IMG/VR virus record: IMGVR_UViG_3300025872_000284
Span: 1-25,093 of that record
Strand: one strand, 5' to 3'
Origin: a virus
Taxonomy: Duplodnaviria > Caudoviricetes
DNA length: 25,093 nt
This document shows, in pieces, positions 15,612 through 23,966 of this stretch. Within the stretch, counting starts at the first letter, position 1. Each line of letters begins with the position of its first letter. The notes beneath the pieces are model-generated. The model saw only the letters and a program-made list of their open reading frames with translations. It had not been told where the DNA came from and did not search any database. The position numbers and the translations under genes are program-made.

Positions 15612-16201
15612 ACTCGACGCTCGATTCTGCGCTTACCGACCAGAACGGATACGTCTACTACGCTCGCTGCTCGGGGGCCGCTCCGACTACCGCGGGTGTC
15701 TTCGCGCACGGCGCGATCATCGTTCAGTCCGATTCTACGACCGGACAGGGAGCGGTCTTTCAGAACGTAGGAAGCGTCGCTTCGCCGTCGTGGACCTCGC
15801 TCGATGAGCGCTCGCTCTCGACCGCGCCGATCACGATCGCGACCACCTCTACCTCGGACTCGTACGTTATCGCCCCTAAGGCGGGAATCGTCACGAGCAT
15901 CCGCTTCTCGGGAGTAGACGCGCTTGCGACAAGCGATACGAACTACATCACCTTCTCGGTAACGAATCTCGGTCAGGCCGGTGCCGGCTCCGCCGCGCTG
16001 CTTGCCGCGTCCGACGCGAACACGACCAAGGCGACTGGAGGATCCGCGCTTGCTGCTAACACGGTCCGCTCGCTTACGCTGACCTCCACTGCCGCTGACC
16101 TCGTGGTTGCCGCGGGAGATCGCATCCGTCTCCGTGCGACCGCGACGGGAACGCTTGCTAACACGGTTACGTTCTCGACGTACCTGATCACCATCAAGTA
16201 A
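15581..16201 (+). CDS. Virion structural protein (head decoration/fibre-like)
   Basis: A/T/S-rich beta protein with VAAGDRIRL jelly-roll-like end; leader aataatcac-ATG. Confidence 0.65.
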   Translation: MAGTNFFTPVNSTLDSALTDQNGYVYYARCSGAAPTTAGVFAHGAIIVQSDSTTGQGAVFQNVGSVASPSWTSLDERSLSTAPITIATTSTSDSYVIAPKAGIVTSIRFSGVDALATSDTNYITFSVTNLGQAGAGSAALLAASDANTTKATGGSALAANTVRSLTLTSTAADLVVAAGDRIRLRATATGTLANTVTFSTYLITIK

Positions 16202-16206
16202 ATCAC

Positions 16207-16530
16207 ATGATTCTCAAGAACCCAACCAAGGAGGACCTTTCGATCGTATATCGCGGGGTCGAGTACTCGATTCCCGCGGGAGGCGAGCTTGGTCGTGCGG
16301 TTCCGGATGATGTGAAGGCTTATTGGAAGAATAATATCCACGCATTCCTCGTTCTCGTCTCCGACAAGGGGGACGAGATCGAGGCGATTCCGGAGCCCCA
16401 GGGCCGCGTAGAGGAAGTCGTCGACGTTCCGGCTGATGAGCCGATCGACGAGCCTGAGGCAGAGGAGGTGATCGAGGAGGAGCCCAAGAAGGCTACCAAG
16501 AAGGCCGCAACCAAGAAGTCAGCCAAGTAA
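16207..16530 (+). CDS. Hypothetical protein with acidic linker and KKATKK tail
   Basis: Co-oriented in the structural operon with a shared leader motif. Confidence 0.8.
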   Translation: MILKNPTKEDLSIVYRGVEYSIPAGGELGRAVPDDVKAYWKNNIHAFLVLVSDKGDEIEAIPEPQGRVEEVVDVPADEPIDEPEAEEVIEEEPKKATKKAATKKSAK

Positions 16531-16531
16531 C

Positions 16532-16981
16532 ATGGGAGGAGGGCTTGGTTACACCTATCAGAACGCGGTCGTTCTTATCGGATCTAAGACAGGAACGACC
16601 CGCACGCCGGCGACGCTGACCAATGCGTACGCCTCTGGCCTCAGTGCCACGGTCAAGACCGGAGGAATGTCGAAGATCAATCTCGACATCCTTTATACGA
16701 CCGGTACCGGAGAGACTAACAACTCAATCGAGATCAAGGTGGAGTCTTCCCCCGATGGGACGAACTTCTACCAGATCCCGAACGAGGCGGTCTCCGGAGC
16801 GACATCGACGCTGACGCAGCGCGAATTCACGTTCGTCGGAGCATCCGCTGCGACGGCATACAGCATTTCTCTTCCGATCGACGTACAGGACGCCTACTAC
16901 AAGTTCTCCTTCAAGGAGTCCGGAGTAGCGTCCAACGCGGGAACACTGTACGTAGAGGCTGTTCTCGGAGGAGCAAAATAG
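16532..16981 (+). CDS. Beta-sandwich virion protein
   Basis: IKVESSPDGTNF pattern seen in phage spike-base/jelly-roll proteins. Confidence 0.6.
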   Translation: MGGGLGYTYQNAVVLIGSKTGTTRTPATLTNAYASGLSATVKTGGMSKINLDILYTTGTGETNNSIEIKVESSPDGTNFYQIPNEAVSGATSTLTQREFTFVGASAATAYSISLPIDVQDAYYKFSFKESGVASNAGTLYVEAVLGGAK

Positions 16982-16985
16982 AACA

Positions 16986-17708
16986 ATGGACGGTCTCGAG
17001 CTCAAGGCCGCGAACACACAGGCGCTCTACGAGTCCCTTCGTAGCAATCTCGCCGATGTGTCTTCGCAGCTCAACGCGGCGCACGAGGAAGCATCTGCGG
17101 CGAAAGCAGATGCAGAATCGGCCCGCACCGAGCTCGAGGCTATCCGCACAGAGGTAGGAGAACTGGAGGAGCGCAAGAAGTCGCTCGTCGCGTTCCTCTC
17201 GGAAGCAGAAGAGGCTCATGCCGCCAAGCTAGAGGCTCGTGAGGCCGAGTCCGCCATGCGCGTAGAAGAGCTCGAGTCACAGGCAGAAGAGCTCAGGTCT
17301 GCCGTAGCAGAGGCAATGACGAGGATCTCGGAAACGAAGGGTGACATAGAGACGCTTGCAGAGAATGTAAGGGCGGCAGAGTCGATGGTCTCCGAGCTTG
17401 ATGCCCGCAAGGAGCTCCTCGAGTCCGAGATGGCCCAGCTCAACGATGACCGCAGGGCGCTCCTCGCAGAAATCGGCAACTACGAGGACGATCGCAACGA
17501 TCTCATCGACGATATCAACGAGCTAAACAAGCTCATCGCGGATCTGCACGACAAGCATGCTGAGGCGGTAAGGATGGGGGCAGATCGCGAGGCGAATCTT
17601 GTAGCGCGTGAAGCGGCCGTCAAGAAAGCGGAAGAGGCTATAGAGATCATGCGCAACCGCTTTGACGAGTATTCAATGAAGCAGTTCGGTTTCCGGGCAA
17701 ACATCTAA
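16986..17708 (+). CDS. Long coiled-coil protein
   Basis: Continuous E/A/L-rich heptads over more than 200 aa. Confidence 0.85.
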   Translation: MDGLELKAANTQALYESLRSNLADVSSQLNAAHEEASAAKADAESARTELEAIRTEVGELEERKKSLVAFLSEAEEAHAAKLEAREAESAMRVEELESQAEELRSAVAEAMTRISETKGDIETLAENVRAAESMVSELDARKELLESEMAQLNDDRRALLAEIGNYEDDRNDLIDDINELNKLIADLHDKHAEAVRMGADREANLVAREAAVKKAEEAIEIMRNRFDEYSMKQFGFRANI

Positions 17709-17715
17709 CTACACT

Positions 17716-19521
17716 ATGGGATTTCGAGAACCACAAACACCGGGAATCGGCCTTTCTGGATCTGGCCAGCTTACCCCATCCGAGGTACTGACCGTCCAGA
17801 ACATCTCCGCGCTCGGAGATCCGGGTGCTGACCGCATCCTGTTCTGGGACGCATCTGCCGGATCGTTCCAGTATCTTGAGGTGGGGGCGAATCTTACGAT
17901 CACGGGAACGACTCTTGATGCTTCGGGAGGAGGTGGAGGAAGCCCAGGAGGCTCAGACACGCAGCTCCAGTACAACAATTCGTCCGCGTTCGGCGGAATT
18001 TCTGGGGCGACTTCGGACGGGACAAACCTGACCGTACTCGATGCGAACTTCATAATCGCCGACGATGGTGATGCAACCAAGAAGCTCAAGTTCCAGGTAT
18101 CGGGTATCACCACCGGGACAACACGAACCGTAACGCTTCCTGACGCGTCTGGAACGATGACGCTGCTGGGCAACTCTTCTACCGGCTCCGGGTCGGTAGT
18201 GCTTGCCACATCGCCAGTTCTGGTGACGCCGAATCTCGGCACGCCTTCGGCAGTAACACTGACCAATGCTACGGGCCTTCCGGTTTCTACGGGTATCTCT
18301 GGTCTTGGAACGGGCGTCGCCACGGCCCTTGCCGTCAACGTCGGCTCGGCAGGAGCCTTCGTTACATTCAATGGTGCGCTCGGTACGCCGAGTTCCGCAA
18401 CGCTCACGAACGCAACCGGCCTCCCTATCAGTACGGGTGTTTCAGGCCTGGGAACAGGAGTCGCGACATTCCTCGCCACGCCGTCCTCCGCGAACCTCGC
18501 CTCTGCGATCACGGACGAGACCGGTTCTGGCGCTCTCGTTTTCGGTACCTCGCCGACGTTCACGACGAGCATCATCACGCCGAAGATCGTTGGTGGTTCG
18601 GCGACCACGGGTACGCTTCTCACCATCCAGACGACATCTGGTAATGGAACGACCGACCAGATTGTATTCGCAGGAGGAAATAACGGCGCGACTACCTTCG
18701 CCACCCTCAAGGCGAACTCGCTCGACCTCGGCACCTCGGCCGTCCTCGGCACGGGGACCATCGAGCTCGGCGCAGCCTCCGACACCACCGTCACCCGGTC
18801 CTCGGCGGGCGTCATCGCCGTGGAAGGGGTTGAGGTTCCTCTCAATAGCGTCACGAATACCCATACGGCGCAGCAGATAGAGCTCGGACACGCTTCGGAT
18901 ACCACCGTCTCGCGCGGGGCAGCCGGATTCATCGCCGTCGAGGGCAAGCGCGTCCCGTCACCCGCATCGCAGGCGGCGGGGGATATGCTCTATCGAGGCT
19001 CGACCGAATGGGAGCGGCTCGCGAAAGGAACGGCCGGACAAGTCCTGACCATGAACGCCGGGGCCACCGCCCCCGAGTGGGCGGCCGCTTCCGGCGGCTC
19101 TCCGGCAGGTTCGGGAACGGAGCTTCAGTACCGAAACTCCGGGGCGTTCGGCGCGGTCGATTCGAGCTATTCCTCGACGACGAAGGCCGTTACCCTCAAA
19201 GGGTCGGCCCTGACGCAGCAGACCCTCACGGACGGGGCTACGATCAACTGGGACGCCTCCTCCGGCGCGTATGCCAAGGTGACGCTCGGCGGGAACCGGA
19301 CGCTCGCCGCCCCGACCAATCTTACGACCGGGGGCAGGTACATCCTCGAAGTCATCCAGGACGCCTCCGCTCCCCGCACGCTGTCGTGGAATAGCGCCTA
19401 CAAGTTCCCCGGTTCCGTCACGCCCGTCCTCTCCGCATCCAATAACGCCGTAGACGTGTTCGAGTTCTACTCCCCGGACGGCACGAACCTCCGCCTCATC
19501 AGCGCAGCCTTCGGATTCTGA
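17716..19521 (+). CDS. Tail fibre-like protein
   Basis: G/S/T-rich with internal repeats; C-terminal TLTDGATINWD...TLGGNRTLAAPTN...QD....RTLSW...YKFP module typical of phage fibres. Confidence 0.8.
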   Translation: MGFREPQTPGIGLSGSGQLTPSEVLTVQNISALGDPGADRILFWDASAGSFQYLEVGANLTITGTTLDASGGGGGSPGGSDTQLQYNNSSAFGGISGATSDGTNLTVLDANFIIADDGDATKKLKFQVSGITTGTTRTVTLPDASGTMTLLGNSSTGSGSVVLATSPVLVTPNLGTPSAVTLTNATGLPVSTGISGLGTGVATALAVNVGSAGAFVTFNGALGTPSSATLTNATGLPISTGVSGLGTGVATFLATPSSANLASAITDETGSGALVFGTSPTFTTSIITPKIVGGSATTGTLLTIQTTSGNGTTDQIVFAGGNNGATTFATLKANSLDLGTSAVLGTGTIELGAASDTTVTRSSAGVIAVEGVEVPLNSVTNTHTAQQIELGHASDTTVSRGAAGFIAVEGKRVPSPASQAAGDMLYRGSTEWERLAKGTAGQVLTMNAGATAPEWAAASGGSPAGSGTELQYRNSGAFGAVDSSYSSTTKAVTLKGSALTQQTLTDGATINWDASSGAYAKVTLGGNRTLAAPTNLTTGGRYILEVIQDASAPRTLSWNSAYKFPGSVTPVLSASNNAVDVFEFYSPDGTNLRLISAAFGF

Positions 19522-20204
19522 TGGTAGCCTCTAACACCCTCGTCCTGAACCTTCCCCTGGAGAACGTCGTGACCGACGTATCCAAGTCTCCTGTCTCGCC
19601 GACCGGCTCGAACATGAGCTACCAGGCCGGGAAGATTGGCCGTGGCAACCTCTTCAACGGCAGCAGCACGCAGATAAGCGTGCCGGACGCGAGCAAGCTC
19701 CGGCTCACCTCGGAAATCACGGTCTGCGCCTGGGTGAAGAAGGGGGCGAGCAACATGTTCGGCTGGCTGCTCGCCAAGCGCGTCGACGGCAGCAACAGCA
19801 TCAACTACAGCACGCTCATCGGCGACGCGACCGACGTCCGCATCCTCCAGTATTTCACGACGACGAACGTCAACACGGCCTGGGTGCCCACCAGCCAGTC
19901 CACGGTCTACAACACCCTCAACGACGGGAGCTGGCACCACATCGCCTACTCGTTCGTCTACGGGACGGGCAGCAGCTTCAAGTTCTACCTCGACGGCGTG
20001 AGCACCTCCGGCTCGTGGGTGATCGGGAACGGGAACGTCGGCCCGCTGACCAGCACCGACGAGCTGTACGTCGGCAGGCAGAAGGCCGCTGGCTCGCCCG
20101 GATACGCGAACTACAACATCGACGAGGTGCATGTCTACAACAAGGCGCTCGGACCCAGCGACATCAAGCGCGACATGCTGGGACTCCCCCCTCTCTCAGG
20201 CTGA
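19521..20204 (+). CDS. LamG/concanavalin A-like lectin domain virion protein
   Basis: ITVCAWVK, DGSWHHIA, FYLDG, LYVG and IDEVHVYNKAL motifs. Confidence 0.9.
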   Translation: MVASNTLVLNLPLENVVTDVSKSPVSPTGSNMSYQAGKIGRGNLFNGSSTQISVPDASKLRLTSEITVCAWVKKGASNMFGWLLAKRVDGSNSINYSTLIGDATDVRILQYFTTTNVNTAWVPTSQSTVYNTLNDGSWHHIAYSFVYGTGSSFKFYLDGVSTSGSWVIGNGNVGPLTSTDELYVGRQKAAGSPGYANYNIDEVHVYNKALGPSDIKRDMLGLPPLSG

Positions 20205-20280
20205 CATGGCTACCACAAAGCAAGCACAGGACCATCTCGTAGAGGCGCGGCATTAGGCGCGGTCATAGAAACATCATCTT

Positions 20281-20613
20281 ATGGACTTCAGGAATTTCAA
20301 CATAGACTCTCGCGTTGTGCTTGAGATCGGATATGCGGTCATTGCGATGGCCGGAGGAGTCGCCCAGTACCTCGAGAGATACATCAGGGAGGGCAACTTC
20401 CGCATAGGTCAGTTCCTCGCGCAGGTATTCGTCTCCGGATTCTCTGGGTGGATCTTCGCCCATTTCTGCGCGAATCTCGGACTCCCCAACGACCTCAGCG
20501 TCGCCTTGTCCGGTATCGGAGGATTCTTCGGCGTAAACGCGCTGAACTATCTCTACGAGCGCGTCACCAACTCAAAGGCCAAGAGCGACGATGGAGCAGG
20601 ACTTCCAGGTTAA
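20281..20613 (+). CDS. Putative holin (LydA-like)
   Basis: Three hydrophobic segments with A..GG.A.YL, SGFSG and SGIGGFFG..AL patterns and a charged C-terminus. Confidence 0.7.
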   Translation: MDFRNFNIDSRVVLEIGYAVIAMAGGVAQYLERYIREGNFRIGQFLAQVFVSGFSGWIFAHFCANLGLPNDLSVALSGIGGFFGVNALNYLYERVTNSKAKSDDGAGLPG

Positions 20614-21112
20614 CTTCGACCAGGGATTTTCCCCGAGCGCCCTGCCGAAGCCACCGACAGCGACGCCGATAGACCTCCCAGACTACCTGAGGCAGTGGGT
20701 ACACCAGGTTATCCCGCAGCCTTCGCTCAACGTCGTCAGGCTCGCGCTTCCTTATACGGTTTTTCAGGGGGGGTCTACCACCAAGGACGTGGACCTCTTC
20801 ACGCTGCCGAACTACTGCGAGATCGTGAGTTGCTGGATGAACGTGCTGACTGCGTTCGACGGGCCAGCAACGGTGACCATGAGCGTTGGTCCTGACGGGA
20901 CGGAGACGACGCTTCTGACGGCACAAAACGTGAAGACTACGGGGCTCAAGAAGGCAATAGGTACGGATCTTACTACTAATAGGGCGATCTACTCGACCAC
21001 GGCCAAGACGACCATTCAGGCCCGCTGCACGGCTGCAACGAATACGTCGAACCTGAGCGCGGGGCAGATCGAGTTCGGATTCACCTACACCGACTACTAC
21101 AATGCCAGGTAA
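20591..21112 (+). CDS. Virion structural protein (jelly-roll-like)
   Basis: LFTLP...I......V.TAFD....T.SVG pattern typical of phage cement/spike-like proteins. Confidence 0.6.
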   Translation: MEQDFQVNFDQGFSPSALPKPPTATPIDLPDYLRQWVHQVIPQPSLNVVRLALPYTVFQGGSTTKDVDLFTLPNYCEIVSCWMNVLTAFDGPATVTMSVGPDGTETTLLTAQNVKTTGLKKAIGTDLTTNRAIYSTTAKTTIQARCTAATNTSNLSAGQIEFGFTYTDYYNAR

Positions 21113-22685
21113 TATCAAGCAGGGAACGCTGACGTTCTCGGGATTCCTCGGGATGGCACCCGCGGGGTCTTCGCGCACCAACCTCCAGTTCGGAGAATCC
21201 TATCACGTCGCGAGCACCTCCTCGGTAGACACGATCGCCACCATCGGCGTCCTCGCTCCCGGAAAGGCTCCAGGGACCAATATAGACGGAAGCTCGAACC
21301 TGAGCGCGCCTATCAACCGCTTCATATGGACGAGCGGTCTCGCGCCGTACTCTGCCGTATTCGCCATAGAGCGCGGCACGAAGCTCCACCTTGGCGTTGC
21401 CGACGGATCTCAGTGGAACACCGGTGGCGTGGTTCCCTCCGGCTGGCCGACGACGCTCACGGTGACGGGCTCGCACACGGGCCACACTAGCATAGTCGGC
21501 GATGACGTTCTGTACTACGCGAGCAACGCGTACGTTACGTACACGGACTCGAATGACGGCGATGTTGCCAAGGTAGACCTGTCCGGATCAGCGACGACGA
21601 ACTGGTTCTCTACGCGCACTGGCGGTGCCGTCCTGTCGGCAAGCCGACCGCATCCTATCGTTCTCGGGGAGAACGGATTCGGGTACGTCGCAGATGGAAA
21701 TGCTATTCATAAGATCGACTTCTCGGGGTCTGGCACGGTAACGACTTCGGCTATCGATCTCGGCGCAGAGTGGACCATCTACGATATGATCCCCTATCAG
21801 GGCAACCTGTGGATCATCGCGTTGCGCACCGATCAGAACTTCATCCCATACGACTCTACGCTCGCCGAATCGATCTACGCCATCAGGCAGGCAGGCGTTT
21901 TCCGCTGGAATTACCAGTCGCGTAAGTCGTCAGAGTTCGCGGGCTTCGAGCGTGGAACGCCGTATATTCTCGACTCTGTATCCCGCGTCTCGAATATCTT
22001 CATCTATGACGGCGTTCCTCACACGATCACGCTCGGCTCGAATTTCAGCACACAGCTGCGCAGGTTCACCGGGACCGGGTTCCAGGTCATCCACGAGGAG
22101 CCGGGGGACATCATGCCGATAAAGGGTGGTATCGGGACGTATTTCCGCAACATCCTCTGGGCGGCAAAGGCGACGGGCGATCTGTACACCTACGGACGCA
22201 TGAGCCTCAACATGCCTGAGGTATTCAACAAGATCGGTTCTACCGGGGCTGCGTCGCGTGCGCTCTTCCTGTCCGACACCGGAGATATCTGGGCGAGCTA
22301 CGGAACGTCCAGCCTGAAGAAGATGGACGGTATGGCACTCGCGGCATCGGCGACGACGCTGACCAAGCAGCTGCCAAAGTTCAGCCGCATCACGAGGATC
22401 ACGGTGTTCTTCCAGCCGCAGTCTGACACGACGGCCAACAATACGCTGACGATCTCTACCTATAAGAACTTCTCGACCTCAGCGATTTCGAAAACCCTCG
22501 TGGCGACACACGCCGGCGACCTCGCTCGCGGATGGGTGACGTTCAATAACCTCGGTGGAGAGGACTGGGCTGGCTTCCACGCAGCTTCATTCAAGCTCGA
22601 CTGGGCTAACACGGCCGGCGTGACTACCTCATTCAAGCCGTACCGCATCGAGGTCGAGTATCAGGTCGAGGGCCAGGACGTATAG
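21102..22685 (+). CDS. Beta-propeller-like tail protein (nozzle/tail tubular B-like)
   Basis: 527 aa of repeated short beta strands with a C-terminal beta-sandwich; positioned next to the adaptor-like gene. Confidence 0.55.
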   Translation: MPGNIKQGTLTFSGFLGMAPAGSSRTNLQFGESYHVASTSSVDTIATIGVLAPGKAPGTNIDGSSNLSAPINRFIWTSGLAPYSAVFAIERGTKLHLGVADGSQWNTGGVVPSGWPTTLTVTGSHTGHTSIVGDDVLYYASNAYVTYTDSNDGDVAKVDLSGSATTNWFSTRTGGAVLSASRPHPIVLGENGFGYVADGNAIHKIDFSGSGTVTTSAIDLGAEWTIYDMIPYQGNLWIIALRTDQNFIPYDSTLAESIYAIRQAGVFRWNYQSRKSSEFAGFERGTPYILDSVSRVSNIFIYDGVPHTITLGSNFSTQLRRFTGTGFQVIHEEPGDIMPIKGGIGTYFRNILWAAKATGDLYTYGRMSLNMPEVFNKIGSTGAASRALFLSDTGDIWASYGTSSLKKMDGMALAASATTLTKQLPKFSRITRITVFFQPQSDTTANNTLTISTYKNFSTSAISKTLVATHAGDLARGWVTFNNLGGEDWAGFHAASFKLDWANTAGVTTSFKPYRIEVEYQVEGQDV

Positions 22686-22687
22686 CC

Positions 22688-22719
22688 CTTGACAAAATAG
22701 ACAAAAACTGGTATAATCC
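22688..22719 (+). promoter_or_regulatory. Consensus sigma70 promoter (copy 4)
   Basis: TTGACA 22689-22694, 17 bp, TATAAT 22712-22717. Confidence 0.9.
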
Positions 22720-22728
22720 ACCCATTGT

Positions 22729-23964
22729 ATGGCAACGACAGTCTCAGCTATCCAGACCAAGGTCAATAACGCTATCCAGGATAGCTCGACCAACTCAATC
22801 TCGGCCGCACAGCGCCTCGAGGCTATTTCCGTCGCTTGCCAGGACACCATCACCGCGATGGGGCTGCCGATGCAGGACGTGTCCTACGCGGTCAGCTTCT
22901 ATGACGGCGTAAGCAGGTATAACGTCACCTCATCCATTCCGGGCTACATGGATTCGGTCGATCTTGTTCGCGACGAAGGAGACCGGCTGGTAACGTTCTC
23001 GCGCGTCACGCCACGCGAGATCTACGTCGACATCGATACCGGATACGGACAGACCGATACGTTCGCGGTGGAGCGGCTTGATGGGAAGACATATCTGATA
23101 ATCAACGCAGAAGCGAAGTATCCAGCCGTCCTGCTCCATGACTGCGACTCGCTGACCTCGAACGGAACCTGGGCCGCGGATACGAGCACGTCCGATGCCT
23201 CGAATATCTCGGCCGACGACTTCGTGTTCAAGCAGGGATCGGGATCGATCAAGTTCGACACCACGGTTGCCCAGTCGGTCAATAACCGCGCGACGATCTA
23301 CAACTCGACCCTGGATGCGGTCGACCTCTCTCGGTACGTCGGCTTCTCCTCGCTCCTGTTCTGGGTGTGGATCCCTGAGGACACGAATTTCAGCTCGGTT
23401 ACTGCGTATTGGGGCTCGTCGTCGTCGGACTACTATGCCGGCTCAGCAACCACCGACATCAACGGTAATGCGATCGTCGAGGGACAGTGGAACCTGCTCA
23501 AGGTGGATTGGGCTACGGCCTCGACGACAGGATCGCCAGACTCTTCGGCTATCGATTACCTGCGTTTCGACTTCAACTACACGGGATCGTACACGAACCA
23601 GAGCGGATTCCGCCTCGATCACGTACGCATGGTGCGCCCCGAGACGCTGACGATAAAGTACCAGTCGAACTATATCGGACAGTCTTCGGGAGGAACGAAG
23701 CTCTTCGCCTTCACGGCTACGAGCGATATCCCTTTCTACTCTGGCCAGTACGACTACCTCGATAACGTCGTATGGCGCAGGGCGGCAGCTCTTCTCCTCG
23801 AGTCCGTGGGCAGGGTGGACGAGTCGGCACGGCGCAACATGGAGTGGCAGAACTCGATGGCTGACGTGCGCAAGCGGTTCCCATCCACGCGCCTGACCGA
23901 GCGCAATTCATTCAAGACAGGCGGCATGAGCACCTCGCGTCGTAGGATTGGCCGCAGCTTCTAA
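22729..23964 (+). CDS. Head-tail adaptor-like protein with inserted beta-sandwich domain
   Basis: Helical N- and C-termini resembling adaptors flank an aromatic-rich beta domain. Confidence 0.55.
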   Translation: MATTVSAIQTKVNNAIQDSSTNSISAAQRLEAISVACQDTITAMGLPMQDVSYAVSFYDGVSRYNVTSSIPGYMDSVDLVRDEGDRLVTFSRVTPREIYVDIDTGYGQTDTFAVERLDGKTYLIINAEAKYPAVLLHDCDSLTSNGTWAADTSTSDASNISADDFVFKQGSGSIKFDTTVAQSVNNRATIYNSTLDAVDLSRYVGFSSLLFWVWIPEDTNFSSVTAYWGSSSSDYYAGSATTDINGNAIVEGQWNLLKVDWATASTTGSPDSSAIDYLRFDFNYTGSYTNQSGFRLDHVRMVRPETLTIKYQSNYIGQSSGGTKLFAFTATSDIPFYSGQYDYLDNVVWRRAAALLLESVGRVDESARRNMEWQNSMADVRKRFPSTRLTERNSFKTGGMSTSRRRIGRSF

Positions 23965-23966
23965 CA

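Noticed and set aside
16986-17708. Coiled-coil protein as tape measure or SMC-like ATPase
   Set aside because: Only 240 aa, no ATPase motifs, and no tail tube or chaperone context.
19521-20204. AAC-rich LamG gene as a possible diversity-generating retroelement target or template
   Set aside because: No reverse transcriptase and no second near-identical copy differing at adenines in the window; AAC use fits the general codon bias.
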